This document shows positions 14,532 to 31,482 of a stretch of 64,000 nucleotides of DNA, piece after piece. Positions within the stretch are counted from its first letter, which is position 1. Each line of letters opens with the position of its first letter. Under the pieces are notes generated by a model that was given only the letters and a program-made list of their open reading frames with translations, was not told the origin of the DNA and made no database searches. Source of the stretch: the human T2T-CHM13v2.0 reference genome, Homo sapiens; NCBI RefSeq assembly GCF_009914755.1, contig NC_060931.1, one strand, 5' to 3'. A program made the translations under genes and the position numbers.

Positions 14532-15058
14532 TTATAGCCTGAAAATTACAAAAATTTGCTGAAAGAAATTACAGAAGACTTACATAAATAGAAAACATAC
14601 TGGTTTGGAAGAATTAATACAGTATTGCTAAGATAGCAATACTCCCCTAAATGATCTACATATTTAATGGAATTCTTATCAAAACTCTGCTAATTTTTTC
14701 AAGAAAACTGACAAGCTGATTCTAAAATTCATATGGAAATTCAGGGGATCCAGAACAGTCAAAACAATCTTAGAAAAGAACAAAGTTGGAGCAGTCACAC
14801 CTCATGATTTCAAAACTTATTACAAAGCTAGAGTAATCACGACTGTGTGGTACTGACATAAGAATAGACAAATAGATCAATGAAATAGACTTGAAAGTCT
14901 AGAAACAAACCCTTACATTTATGGTCAATTGATTTTTGACAAGGGTGCCAAAATAATTCAAAAGGGGAAGAAAGTCTTTTTAACAAAATGGCGCTGGGAC
15001 AACTGAATATCCACATGCAAATAAAATTGAACTTCTTCCTCAAACTATACGTGAAAAA

Positions 15059-15645
15059 TATAAACCAAAAATAAAATTCTGAGCCCCCCCAATCAACTGA
15101 TGGACCCCCTCTCAGCCAAGGGCATTCCAATGTAAACTTGAACATCTAGTTAAGGTCACGATGGGAAGGAGGGGTCCAGGATGCCTCATTGTACCTCCCT
15201 CCCTTTGGAATTCAGAACAGTTGACCAACATTAACATTAAAACAGAGTTCTTAAGACTGACAAGGCTGGGTGCGGTGGCTCATGCCTGTAATCCCAGCAC
15301 TTTGGGAGGCCGAGGCAGGTGGATTGCCTGAGGTTGGGAGTTCGAGACCAGCTTGACCAACATGGAGAAACCCCGTCTCTACTAAAAATACAAAAAAAAA
15401 AAAAAAACTAACTGGGCATGGTGGTGCACGCTGGGAGGCGGAGGTTGCAGTGAGCTGATTAGCCAGGCCTGGTGGCACATGCCTGTAATCCCAGCTACTC
15501 GGGAGGCTGAGGCAAAAGAATCCCTTGAACCCGGGAGGCGGAGGTTGCGGTGAGTCAAGATCGTGTGCAGTTGCATTCCAGCCTGGGCAACAAGAGTGAA
15601 ACTCCATCTCAAAAAAAAAAAAGACTGACAAAACAGACTCTTTTG
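15059..15645 (+). mobile_element. MER4-family LTR 5' fragment containing an Alu
   Basis: taaaccaaaaataaaattctgagcccc matches the MER4 start and the reverse complement of 12340-12370. Confidence 0.75.
15264..15620 (+). mobile_element. AluS with an extra partial right arm
   Basis: TSD aagactgacaa; extra segment at about 15409-15458. Confidence 0.9.
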
Positions 15646-16065
15646 GGCTGGGTGTAATGGCTCATGCCTGTAATCCCATCACTTTGGGAGGCTGAAGTGA
15701 GCAGATCACTTGATGTCAGGAATTCAAGACCAATCTGGCCAACATGATGAAATCCCAGCTCTACTAAAAATACAAAAAGTAGTCAAGTGTGGTGGCTTAC
15801 AACTGTAATCCCAGCACTTTGGGAGGCCAAGGCAGGTGGACCACTTGATGTCAGGAGTTTGAGACCAACCTGGCCAACATGGTGAAATCCCGTCTCTACT
15901 AAAAATTCAAAAATTAGCCGAGTGTGGTGGCAGGCGCCTGTAATCCCAGCTACTCGGGAGGCTGCAGCAGGAGAATTGCTTGAACCGAAAGGCGGAGGTT
16001 GCAGTGAGTGGAGATCGTACCACTGCACTCCAGCCTGGGTGACAGAGCAAGACTCTGTCTCATAA
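15646..16065 (+). mobile_element. Alu with a tandemly duplicated left monomer
   Basis: Left-left-right arm structure. Confidence 0.88.
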
Positions 16066-16441
16066 ACAGAAGCCAAAACAAAATTAAAAACTTGTGTTCT
16101 TCAAGGGATACCATGAAGAAAGCATAAAGACAACTCATGGAATGGAAAAAAATATTTTCAAACTGTGTATCTGATAAAGGACTTATATCTAGCATATATT
16201 AAAAAAACTCTTACAACTCAATAATAAAAAGACTAATAAATCGATTTTAAAATGGGCAAAGAATCTGAATATTTCTCCAAAGAATATAGGCAAATGGCTA
16301 ATAAGCAAATGAAAAGACCCTCAACATCATTAGTCATTAGTGAAATTGCAAATTAAAACCACAGCGAGCTCCTACTTCACACCGAGTAGGATGGCTATAA
16401 TTAGGACAGATGGCTCTTGATTATAGCCATCCTATAATCAA

Positions 16442-16712
16442 GGCTCATGCCTGTAATCCCAGCACTTTGGGAGGCCAAGGCAAAAGGATTGCTTGCGAGA
16501 CCAGCCTGGGCAACATAATGAGATCGCATCTCTACAAAAAAATTAAAAATTAGCCAGGTGTCGGGGCATGCTCCTATAGTCCCAGCTACTCAGGAGGCTG
16601 AGGCGGGAGGATCATTTGAACCTAGGATGCTGAGGCTGTAGTGAGCCATGCACACGCCACTGCACTCCATCCTAGGCAACAGAGCAAGACCCTGTCTCAA
16701 AAAAAAAAAAAA
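16442..16712 (+). mobile_element. AluJ, 5' truncated
   Basis: Starts ggctcatgcctgtaatccc; poly-A tail; L1 resumes after it. Confidence 0.9.
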
Positions 16713-17449
16713 TAGATGATAATAAGTGTTGATAAGGTTGTGGAGAAATTGGAACCCTCATACGCTGCTGGTGGGATGGTAAAATAGTACAGCTTTTGGA
16801 AAATAGTTTGACAGTTCCTGAAAAAGTTAAACATAGAGTTGTCATATGATCTGGCATTCCACTTCCACGTGTATACCTGAGAGAAATGAAAACACTGTGT
16901 CCACACAAAAGCTCGTATGCAAATGTTCATAGTAGCATAATTCATAACAGCCAACAAATGGAAACATCCAAATGTTCATCAGCTGACAAATAGGTAAACA
17001 AAATATGATCTATCCATTGGATTATTATTCAGCTATAAAAAATAATGAGGTACGTGTTGCAACATACATGAACTTGGAAAACATTATAGTAAGTGAAAGA
17101 AGCCAGTCACAAAAGACCACATGTTGTGTAATTCTATTTATATGAAATGTCCAGAATAGTCAAATCTATAGGTACAGAAAGCAAATTAAGAGTTCAGCAC
17201 ACAGTCAAAAAATAAATAAAAAAGAAAGTGGATCAGTGGTTGCCTAAGATTGAGAGTTTGGGAGAAATAGGGAGTGACTGCTAATGGGTATAAGGCTTCC
17301 TTTTTCAGTGATGAAAAAGTCCTAAAATTGATTGTGGTGATCGTTGCATGACTCTTTTAATAGATTAAAAACCATTGAATTGTACACTTTTAATGGAGGA
17401 ATTACATGTTATATTAATTATATCTCAATAAAGCTGTTATATTTAAAGA

Positions 17450-17878
17450 TTGCATCCTGAATGATTCCATTTATATAACATTGTCTATGTAGAGATGGAG
17501 AAAAAAGATAAGTGGTTTCCAGGGGAGGGGTGAGGAGTGAAGGAGTAGGTGTGAGTATAAAGTAGCAGGAGAGAGGTCTTTTGCAGTGACAGAACAGTTC
17601 TGCATCTTAATTGTGGTGGTGGTTACACAAATTTCTACATGGGATAAAATTGCATTGAAGAATATACATACACACAAAATGCATGAAGGATTTTTTTAAT
17701 GGTGAAATAAAAGCTGTAGTCTAAAACAGTAACGTGCCAATGCAAATTTCCCAGCTTTGATATTGCACTATGCCCATGGAAGGCATCACTATGCAGGGAA
17801 AGGACTCTGTACTAATTTTGTAATTTTCTCTGAGTTTATAATTATTTCCAATAGAAAGTTTGAGATAAAATAAAATTA
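17450..17878 (+). mobile_element. Old L1 3' UTR fragment (L1MC/MD-like)
   Basis: atgattccatttatataaca...gtggtggtggttacaca...tataattatttc. Confidence 0.7.
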
Positions 17879-18644
17879 GAGTTGTCCAAAACTGACATGC
17901 TCTCTTCCCTGAAACGGTGATTTCTCCATTTGCTGGAGTTTAAAATAGAAGCTGGGTGATTCTACATCTGAGATGCTTAAAAAAAAATGTGATTAGAGGC
18001 CTGGCAAGTGGAAAAGCTTTTTTAGAGCAAAATCCAGGAGCCACTGCTATTCAAGCTGACCCCCTCCTGCACTTCCTAGGCCTGAGAATGTCACCCGGGA
18101 TGTAGAACTCCCTGCAGTGCCTGGAAGGACCAGGCTGCCCTCAGGGTTGCAGGTGACCCAAAGCTCTTTAGCTTCCTAGGCTGACTTGATAAGCTCCTTC
18201 TAGTCATTATCTGGGCAAGCTCATCTCTGGCCTCACTTTGATGCCAAGCCCTTCCCTAGCACATACACAAGGGGGCTGGGCTCAATGGGTGCAGAAAAGG
18301 CTGTTTCTGGACACATCTTTGATAAGAAACCAAGTGACTTCCATCTCCATGAGCCATTTGAGGATAGAGACTGAGTATCACTTTAAAATTTCCCATTGTC
18401 TAGTACCTTGTCTAATACAAGGGAAATGGCTATTGAGTGAGGACCTCTTAAAGATCTCTCTAAATCCCAATAGGTCTCAACTCCAGCTGCACATTAGAGC
18501 TTTAAAAAAAGTTTAGTAGCGTCAGTTCCACACCACACCAGTTAAATTCATTTTTTGTTTTTATTTTTCTTGCTTCTTCTTTTATAGCATCTTCAATGCC
18601 ATTCTTATATCAGGTTCAATGAAAAGTTTCTGAGAGATATTTCT

Positions 18645-19486
18645 CTTCATTTTTCATTTTATTTTATTTTTAGTTGACAATAATAACCATATATATTTAT
18701 GGGGTACAATGTGACGTTTCAATATATGTATGTTGTGCAGTAATCAAATCAGGCTTATTAGCATATCCATCACCTCAGATACTCATCTTTTCTTTGTGAT
18801 GAGAACATTTAAAATCCATTCTTTTGGCTATTTTGAAATATACAATACATTGTCTGTAGTCACCATGCTGTAGATAATTAGGTTAGGGTTAGGATTAAGG
18901 TTGTAGAATAGATTACCAGAACCTAGTCTTCCTGTCTAACTGAAATGTATCCTTTGACCAACATCCCCTTTTCCCACCCACATTCCCCACTACTCCCACT
19001 GGCCCAGCCTCTGGCAACTACCATTCTACTTTCTACTTCTTTGAGTTCAACTTTTTTAGATTCCACCTATAAATGAGATCATTTGGTATTTGTCTCTCTG
19101 TGCCTGGCTTATTTCTCTTGGGTCCTTTTAGGCCCATTCATGCTGTTACAGAAGACAGAATTTCCTGCTGTTTAAAGGCTGAGTAGTATTCCATTACGTA
19201 TATTTGCCCCCTTTAAAAAATCCATTCACCCATTGATGGGCACTTTTGTTGTTGCCGTATCTTAGTTATTGTGAGTAACACAGCAATGGACATGGGAGTG
19301 CAGGCTTCTCATTGGCACACTGATTTCAGTTCCTTTGGAAATATACCCAGAAGTGGGATTGCTGCATCATATGGTAATTCTATTTTTAGTTTTTTGAGGA
19401 ACCTCCATGGTTTTTGAAATGGCTGTACTAATTTACATTCCCACCAACAGTGTACAAGGGTTCCCTTTTCTCCACATCCTCACCAA
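18645..19486 (-). mobile_element. L1MA-type 3' end, 5' truncated
   Basis: tttatggggtacaatgtga, ttttagattccacctata, atatacccagaagtgggattgctg; degenerate TSD tgagagatatttct/tgagggatacttct. Confidence 0.88.
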
Positions 19487-20181
19487 TGAGGGATACTTCT
19501 TAAGATGACCCTCAGTAAGTCCGGTAGTTATCATTCATAAGCATTCAGTTAAATATGATGTCAATACATTTTCAGCTTTGGGCTCATCTAAGCTTCCACA
19601 AATTAATTTCATCTATTTTAATACATGCACATGGTAAACAGAAGCCAAAAATACCAAAAGATACGCAGTGAAAAGGGGTCTCCTTCCCACCTCGTCTCCC
19701 TGAGGCGACTGTTTGTACCTGCATCTTCTGTTTCCTCCCGGACATCATCTCTGCATCCACACACCCCGTGTACTTACACAGAAATGCATTTTAGAACATA
19801 GAACCCTGTGTGTGCTTTGATGTGTTAGTAAGTGGTTCGGGGAGTTGGGGAGTAAATTTTGGAAATATAGTACTCTATCCATCTCACAGTGAATATTAGC
19901 ATATTAAAAGCTCCAAGTGTTTCTCAAACTTACTTGAACACAGAATCTTTTGGGGGGAAAGTTTCTTGAAGACTTTTCATGTTTTCTGTATTGGCATTTT
20001 CTGATACTACATCTAGGTGAATGCTCATGTGGCAGGATCATTTGATAAACTAGCCAATGTGTCTTCACCCCGGTCATTCCTGGTCCCTATGACCTTTCCC
20101 CTATTGGGCATCCACTACAGCACTCCGGGCTCCCGGTCCCAGGGAAAGAGGGGCACAGAAACGCAAAAATGTCCATTCTGA

Positions 20182-20554
<373 letters not shown>

Positions 20555-20983
20555 GAGACAAAGGTTTGAATGTCAACCGTCAAAGCCCCAAGGAACTCAG
20601 GGCAGGCAGTTTATGGCAGAATTAATAGTTTTGGATGAATGCAAGAGAATACTTTTTTTTCCGGCTCTAGATAAGAGATTAAGAATCTCTGAATTGAGTG
20701 AAGGGAGAAAAAAAAAGCCAGAAAAGAAGTCCCAGATTAGGCACTGGTGAGTGTCTCTGAGGAGAATGCATGATAGAATCCCCAAATAAATCTGAAGATC
20801 TAAAACCAAAAGCACCTGTGCTCTATTCCCCTTGGTAACTCCAAGGAGAAATCAAACCTCATTAATAAGCTCCAAGTCTGAGATAGCATGAAGTATGTGT
20901 GCTACAACTGGGTTCTGCAAGGGATAGAAACTCCATAATAAGGGATTTATACACTTATAAGTTTATTTTTATTTGTAGTAAAA

Positions 20984-22838
<1,855 letters not shown>

Positions 22839-23288
22839 GGCGTTGAGGCCAGCAGGCTTGAGAACATCTCACTAAGTCCCAAAGAACTCAACAACTTACT
22901 TACCCAGAAAGCAGTAGAATGACCTCTGCAAGTGGCCAAGGCAGTGCAGACATGGCACTAAGAATCAGTGGATCTGGCTAGGCCTGTGTTCAGGACAAAG
23001 TGGACAATAGGGAGCTGTTAAGGTTCTTGAGTGGGACATGACATGAGGAAAGATCTGTCTCACCCATTGAAGACTACCTTGCCCATGACGCTATTACCAC
23101 ACTCAGCACAGGGTGTAAGACTCAGCAGACCCAGATCATGAAGGACTTGAATGGCAGGCTTAAGAGTCATTGGAGGGTGGGAATGCCTGCTATGAGATGT
23201 CCCTCATGTACTATCCGAGAGGACCCTGGGTCAAGGTCATGCCAAGAGGCAAGGCCAGCAGCAGACCTTTCTCTCTTCCTTCAGTCCA

Positions 23289-23832
23289 TGTGTTATATCG
23301 ATGAGCCAAAGGTGGCCTCTGTGTGTGGGTCCCTAGGTTGTTAATTTCTTCACCATGGGCTGAGACCTGTTAGCTCAAAAGCCTGCCAGTGCCACATTCA
23401 AATTTCTACACATCCAGTTATTTTTTAAAATGGTCCAAAGAAGCATATTTTTAGCCACTTAGAGGCTGCCTGCTTTGCATACCCTGCAAAACCTCACACA
23501 CATTTGCTAGCAATAGATACGACATAGCTTTGTAGTTATAAGACCCCAAGCTGCTGCTTCCCTTTGGAGACTCCCTGCCATGCTGCTGAGGGACATCACC
23601 TAGACAGGGAAGCCCCCTCTCTGGTCACCCTCTCCCCCAGGAGATGCCTTAAACTCTCCCATTCTGGAAGATGGCTCCCCCATCTTAAAGCTGTGGATGG
23701 TCTCACGCTATGAGGAACTTCCCCTCTTATGCATCCCTATCCAAGCACTGCCCAGTAAAGCTTCTGTGTGCCTGCCTCTAGTGTTTCTATCTTTTTTCTT
23801 GATCAGCCTCCAAACGCCTGAAACCCTGAGAC
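23289..23832 (+). mobile_element. Probable ERVL LTR (MER73/MER74-like)
   Basis: LTR-like layout: tataagacc TATA, agtaaagc poly-A variant, terminal tttttcttgatcagcctccaaa; subfamily uncertain. Confidence 0.5.
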
Positions 23833-24191
23833 CTTGTAAGTCTCAAGCCCATGTACTCCTTCCTGGGGACGAGAGATTAGGATACACCACTTCCAGCCCA
23901 GCCCCGTTCTTTCTGGAGGAATCCTTGAAGCAGAAACTGAAGGTGAAGAGAACATACAGAGAGGATGGGACAGGATGGACACCAAGCTGGGGCCTCAGGA
24001 GGCGGCCCAAAGACCTCAGCCCCGAGCACTGCAAAGGAGCAGGTTTCCAGATATGGTCAGGGCACCATCAAGAATGGATACCCTTTCTAGGGCCATGTCT
24101 GGTTATAATCTGTTCACTTTGTTCAGTACAAACGATCACTTCCAGAGCAGAGGCTGGGGTGGAGAGTTTGGAATTTAAGTTTTAACACGTC

Positions 24192-24290
24192 CTAGAGCCA
24201 GTCTCCTTGAGGGCAGGAACCTTATTCTCTTATTCATTACTGCATCCCCAGGCCTTGGAAAAGGACCTGGCTCATAGTTGGTTCTTATTA
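24192..24290 (+). mobile_element. L2 3' end fragment
   Basis: ctccttgagggcagga...actgcatccccag...cctggctcatagt. Confidence 0.6.
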
Positions 24291-24779
24291 ATTCTGAGAA
24301 GGGAAGGAGGAATGACTTCCTTCCGGGGACCCTCCTCAAGCTGGACTGAGCCAGGTCCTATGACCACCTGCGGAAGAGCACCGCAGGGTTTGGGGCCATC
24401 TGCAGCAAGACAAGGTGTCATTCAGGCTCCCTGCAGCTCAGCTCTAGCCAATTCTCCTCCTTCCCGCCATGCACACTGCAACTAGTGGAGCAGTTTTCCA
24501 GGGTGGCACTTCCCTTTCCCACCCTCCCCCGTTAGGAAAAGCCCTTCTTCTCCTGAGCTCCCATCGCTGCCTGAACCCCACTCGGCCTGGCCCTGCAGAA
24601 GCGAAAGCCAGGGACCGGATTTCTCCTGAAGTCTTCTCTGCCAACGACAGTTCCTCTTCCACTCTCCCCCACCCAAGGGCCGCTCCTCTTACAGTAGACA
24701 GCGGTGCCTGCATCGAAATGGAATTCAGGAGGAGCACGTGAGGGGGAGGGGAGAGGTGCATTTTGGAGGAACTTGATAG

Positions 24780-25345
24780 GAGGTGCCTTGGGACACCCTG
24801 GAGGCGACGAAGCTGCGTCTCTCAGACTGCCACTCTTACTCCTCGCCCTGTAGCAGAACCCCAACCCCCGGCCTGAGACTCCAGGGATCGGCTGAGCTCG
24901 CGGGCTAACGCTGTGAAGCCTGCCCAGCTACCGTGACGTCACGAGACCCCCGCTATCTCGTTGGTGGCTATTTCCTCTCCCGCTGTGGTCCCTGGAGACG
25001 CCGGAGGAGATTTCCGTGACAACGGCAAGCTGGCTGCAACGAAGCCGCCCACGTAGGCCTCCCCGGCCTGCTGGAGGAGAGGGGATCCCCCGGGGCAGAG
25101 GCGGCTACACCCGGAGAACCCGGAAACCGGAAGCGCAGATCCTGCCGGCTCTGGACTAGCCGCTCAGCACCAGGGCGGAAGGAAGACGAGGCGAGGCAAG
25201 CGCCAAGCTTCCATCCGGACTTCAAGGCCAGTGGCTGGGTCTGGTTTTCTCAACACGGCCTCCTAGTCTCCTTCCCGCTTGGGCATCTGTTTTTCTTATA
25301 TAGACCCTGAAGCCGCCCGTGATGTTCTGTAAGCAGGTTCCGCTT
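24780..25345. promoter_or_regulatory. CpG island / probable TATA-less promoter
   Basis: Only CpG-dense non-repeat segment in the window; CRE TGACGTCA at 24934-24941, X-box-like ATTTCCGTGACAAC at 25010-25023, tandem ETS CCGGAAACCGGAAG at 25120-25133. Confidence 0.85.
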
Positions 25346-25439
25346 CAGAATCAGAGGTACTTAAGAGGGAACCTGGATGCTAGACCTGCCCTTGCTGCTG
25401 GCCTCAGTTTCTTTACCTGTAAAACAGGGATTTTGGAAC

Positions 25440-25897
25440 TGTTAAATTAAATCAAACTTAAAAGAATTACAACTTAAAGCTGCTGGAACTTTACATGATC
25501 CCGAGCCTTGAGAGGAATGTGGCTATGCAGCCTGAGTCATGTGGCATGCAGATGCAACCTCTGCCTTTTTCCGCTGTAAATAATTAAGAAGACCAAGTAG
25601 CATCCAAGGTAAGACCCCTTTAGATCATTGTCCCTCCTCACAGTCATAATCTTCCTTGGAATGTAGCAATCTGAAACCAACCACATCGTTGTAGGTATGC
25701 AACTTGCATGCACATTTGTAATCCTGCTGGAATGTCCCTGCCTCCGTCTATATAATTGAAACCTTAACTTCACCTTGGAAACGCTGACATCATTTGTTTG
25801 GAGTCAGCGCTTTCCTGGATGGCCATCCTCAATCTTTGTGTTTAAATAAACTCTATGCTTATTTACATTTTCTGAACTTCATTGTTTAAGGTTGACA
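25440..25897 (+). mobile_element. MER4-group ERV1 solo LTR (subfamily uncertain)
   Basis: TGTTAA...GTTGACA ends, TSD gaac/gaat, TATA ctatataa near 25749, AATAAA near 25845. Confidence 0.8.
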
Positions 25898-26523
25898 GAA
25901 TGCAGGGGGCAGGGGGACAGTGCAGTGGAGGGACATTAGAACCCCTAGAGTCCTGTGACTCCCAGTCAGAGGGGTCGCTCAGCTGCCAGGTGTCTTTCAA
26001 GGGTTCAAGATGAAGTGACGTGCCCCAGGTCCCACAGTGAGGAAGTGGCTGAGTCAGAACATAGGTAATTTCCAGAGCTTCTAATTAGCAATTCACAAGG
26101 AGATCCTTCAGAGCCTCTGCTTCCCCATTTGTAGAATGAGGATTGTAAACCCTTCTTCAGTGGGATGCCCCTAGAATTATGTGAAACCACTACAAAAAGT
26201 GCCAAACACATGGCTTTTAATAAATGGCCATTATGTCTTTAATTTTTAATAAAGAAAATGGGTTCTTATTAAATTTGTATTCTGTGTTGGGTCATAATGC
26301 TTATTCTTCTGTTAACTCGTTCCTCTTTAAGCTAGTCTGGCTTCCTGGTCTTCCTCTCTCCACCTCACCTCCCACTTCTGGAATTCCTAGGGCTTCAGCT
26401 TGCTTCTCTCTTACCCTGGTCACTTCACTCTCCCCTCCAGTAGATCTTGAGAGGTCTGTACCTTAATTTGCTAGTCTCCTTCCCGTTCCAGGCATCAGTT
26501 TTTTTATATATAGATTTACCCTA

Positions 26524-27107
<584 letters not shown>

Positions 27108-27769
27108 TCACTATTCCCAAAGACAAGGTTACAGAACTTTGCCATAATTAAGGGTTTTGCAGTTTTTATTATGGAAACACAATTGGATGCAAGGAGAATA
27201 ACAAACTAGAGGTAATTATGGAGCTTAAGGAAATAACACCAAGTCATCTGCCAGATGCTTAGATGTTGGCATCCCTGTGGGTACTGGCCTAAGCTGGCTT
27301 CTCACCTCAAGTACCCTCTCTGCAGATAGTTCCTACCTCTTTACTGGCAGCTCAGATCTCTCCTGACCTATGGACTCATGTCCTTCTTCCATTCAAGAGT
27401 ATTGATCTCTCCACTTCTCTAAGTAGCTCTCAAGAGGAATAAACCAGTGAGAGACAAGCCCCCCATTTCTGACCTAACTTAACAACCTGGAGGTGGGTGA
27501 ACCAGGCAGGAGCCAGCCAGATTGCAGGGATGCCGACAGTCTCAGTGATGACAGCCCTTTTTAGCTATGGATAACCCAGCATCACTGATCTCAGCTGGTG
27601 GCAGGAAGCTATCCCTAGGGTGCATGGAGGTCTGGCAGTTCTTATCTCAGAACCAATAATCCTAGACCAGGGAGACTGGCCTTTAGCCAGGCCTCAAAAA
27701 CCACTGAAAGAGCTGAGTGATGACAAAGTGAAGTAGCAAGGCTCGTGCTGCTAGGGCTGATGGTTAACG

Positions 27770-27896
27770 ACCTCAGTTTCCTCATCTGTAAACTAGTGAG
27801 AAAAATACTATCTGCCTCATGGGTAGTTATGGGGAATGAATGAGTGAATGCATATGAAGCGTTACTAAGTGGTATGTAAATCTTAGCTATTATTAT
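27770..27896 (+). mobile_element. MIR fragment
   Basis: cctcagtttcctcatctgtaaa core. Confidence 0.75.
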
Positions 27897-27911
27897 CGTT
27901 TGGAGAGGTGA

Positions 27912-28411
<500 letters not shown>

Positions 28412-28891
28412 AACTATGTAGCTTTCATGTACTTATATGCTTCATAGTCTATCAGGCTTCTGACAGTTGCATTTTTCTCCTTTGGAACATCAGCAAGACG
28501 TTGGATTTATACTAGGACTAGCCATGTTGGGGGAGGTACCTCTTAACATATTGAGGACATGGAGTTTTGTTTGGAAGGGACTTCAGTTTCCTCTCTACCC
28601 ACCAAATGCTATGCTTATGCCTATGGCTTGTCCTTCTGGTTGGGCTTATTGAAAGAAAAAAAAAAGAAACTTAGGAGGCAGAAGCTTTGAGGCCAGGGAC
28701 TGTTGAGTGTGGCATAGTCGGTTGGTCTGTCTGAAGTCACTTGGTTAACTATGTTGAATAGAAAAATACAGTCAAAGAGCCCACCTGCTGTTCTCCAGGG
28801 ATCCTGAGACGTATGCCACCTCCATGCTGTTACAGTATCAGAGCCCAGAGGGGCGTAGGTGGAAACCTCACAAACAGTCTGGCTTCTTCTA

Positions 28892-29420
<529 letters not shown>

Positions 29421-29781
29421 TTATTAATGCCCTGGAAAACTGGGCATCTTTTGAAATGATGTGGTGTATCTGAAACCCAAATTCTGAAATTAAGTTCCTT
29501 GGATACACCAAAAGCAGGGCAATGACATTTATTGGTGTCTTTTGTGTGTCAGTTAACAAAAATGCTTTACATATGTTGAATAATTTTAAGCCCTCAAAAC
29601 AAAACTATCTTCACTTTTATGGGTCTAGAAAAGGAAGCTCTAAAATTGAGGTCATACCTACAAAGTACCATGACTAACGTGGTTGTGGCTGGAACACCAT
29701 TCTGGATCTATCTACAGGTTCTTAGGGGAGGCAATCATCTGTTTATCAATAGCTGGGCTGTCTTATAGTGAGTAAAATAGC

Positions 29782-30180
<399 letters not shown>

Positions 30181-30183
30181 TAA

Positions 30184-30567
<384 letters not shown>

Positions 30568-30886
30568 TTATGAAAACACCAATATATTTACCTGTTTTTG
30601 TCATCTGAGCTGTTACAGTGAGCCTTTTTCTAGATCCATAAATGTAGGTCTATGTCATCTATAGTTGGCTGGATAGTATTTCAGTACTTGTCTGTCTCAT
30701 AAATTATTCATCTGGCTCCCCTATCATTAGACATTTAGGTTGTCTCTAATTTTTATTTATTGTAAATAATGCTTCCATGCATATCTTTGTACATCTTTGG
30801 GAGCTTTTGTTTTGTTTCCTTAGGAAAAGTTCTTAAAAGTAGACTTGCAATGTCAAAGGGAATGCATTTTTTTTTGTAAATTTTAA

Positions 30887-30935
30887 ATCTATCTATCTAT
30901 CTGTCTATCTATCTATCTATCATCTATCTATCTAT
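30887..30935. repeat. (TCTA)n tetranucleotide STR, interrupted
   Basis: Read directly. Confidence 0.92.
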
Positions 30936-30959
30936 ACACACATAAATAAAATATACAGA

Positions 30960-31292
30960 AACATTAAAATGGTAGTTATGGAGGGTGGGAGCCCTGCAGG
31001 ATAGAAGGAAATGGGAAGATGCAGGTCAAAGGGAACAAAGTTGCAGTCTTGTAGGATAAGTAAGGCTATAGATTTAATGTACAGCATGAAAACTATAGCC
31101 AATAATATTGTATATCAGTGATTTTCCAAGAGAGTAGGTTTGAAGTGCTCTCATCACGAAAAAGAAAGGTAACTATATGAGATGATGGGTATGTTCATTT
31201 GCTTGATAGTAATCAGTTCATTATGTCTATCAAGATAAGTCAGTATATCAAAACATCATGTCATACACCTCAAATACATACAGTAAAAAATT
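30960..31292 (+). mobile_element. L1MA/MB 3' UTR fragment
   Basis: ggtcaaagggaacaaagttgcag...gtatatcaaaacatcatgt. Confidence 0.8.
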
Positions 31293-31482
31293 AAAGTATA
31301 TCACATATACTGAAAGTGCACAAATTATAGTTTGATGAAAAATCATAAAAATGCACCTGTATAAATATGACTCACTCCAGTCCTTCAATGTAAATAAGGA
31401 AAAAAATACCTATATATTTGACCCAGATTAAGATATAGAGAAACACCAATACTCTGAACCTCTCTCGTGCTTCCTCCCTGTC

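Noticed and set aside
18553-19590. Possible antisense processed pseudogene split by the L1 (T-rich end at 18553)
   Set aside because: The rejoined sequence gave no recognisable protein and no TSD.
20671-20746. Plus-strand segment bounded by ctctag| and |gtgagt
   Set aside because: It is isolated, upstream of the only promoter seen, and encodes nothing recognisable.
23697-24185. Longest ORF in the track (162 aa)
   Set aside because: It begins in a probable LTR, has no recognisable domain, and is of a length expected by chance.
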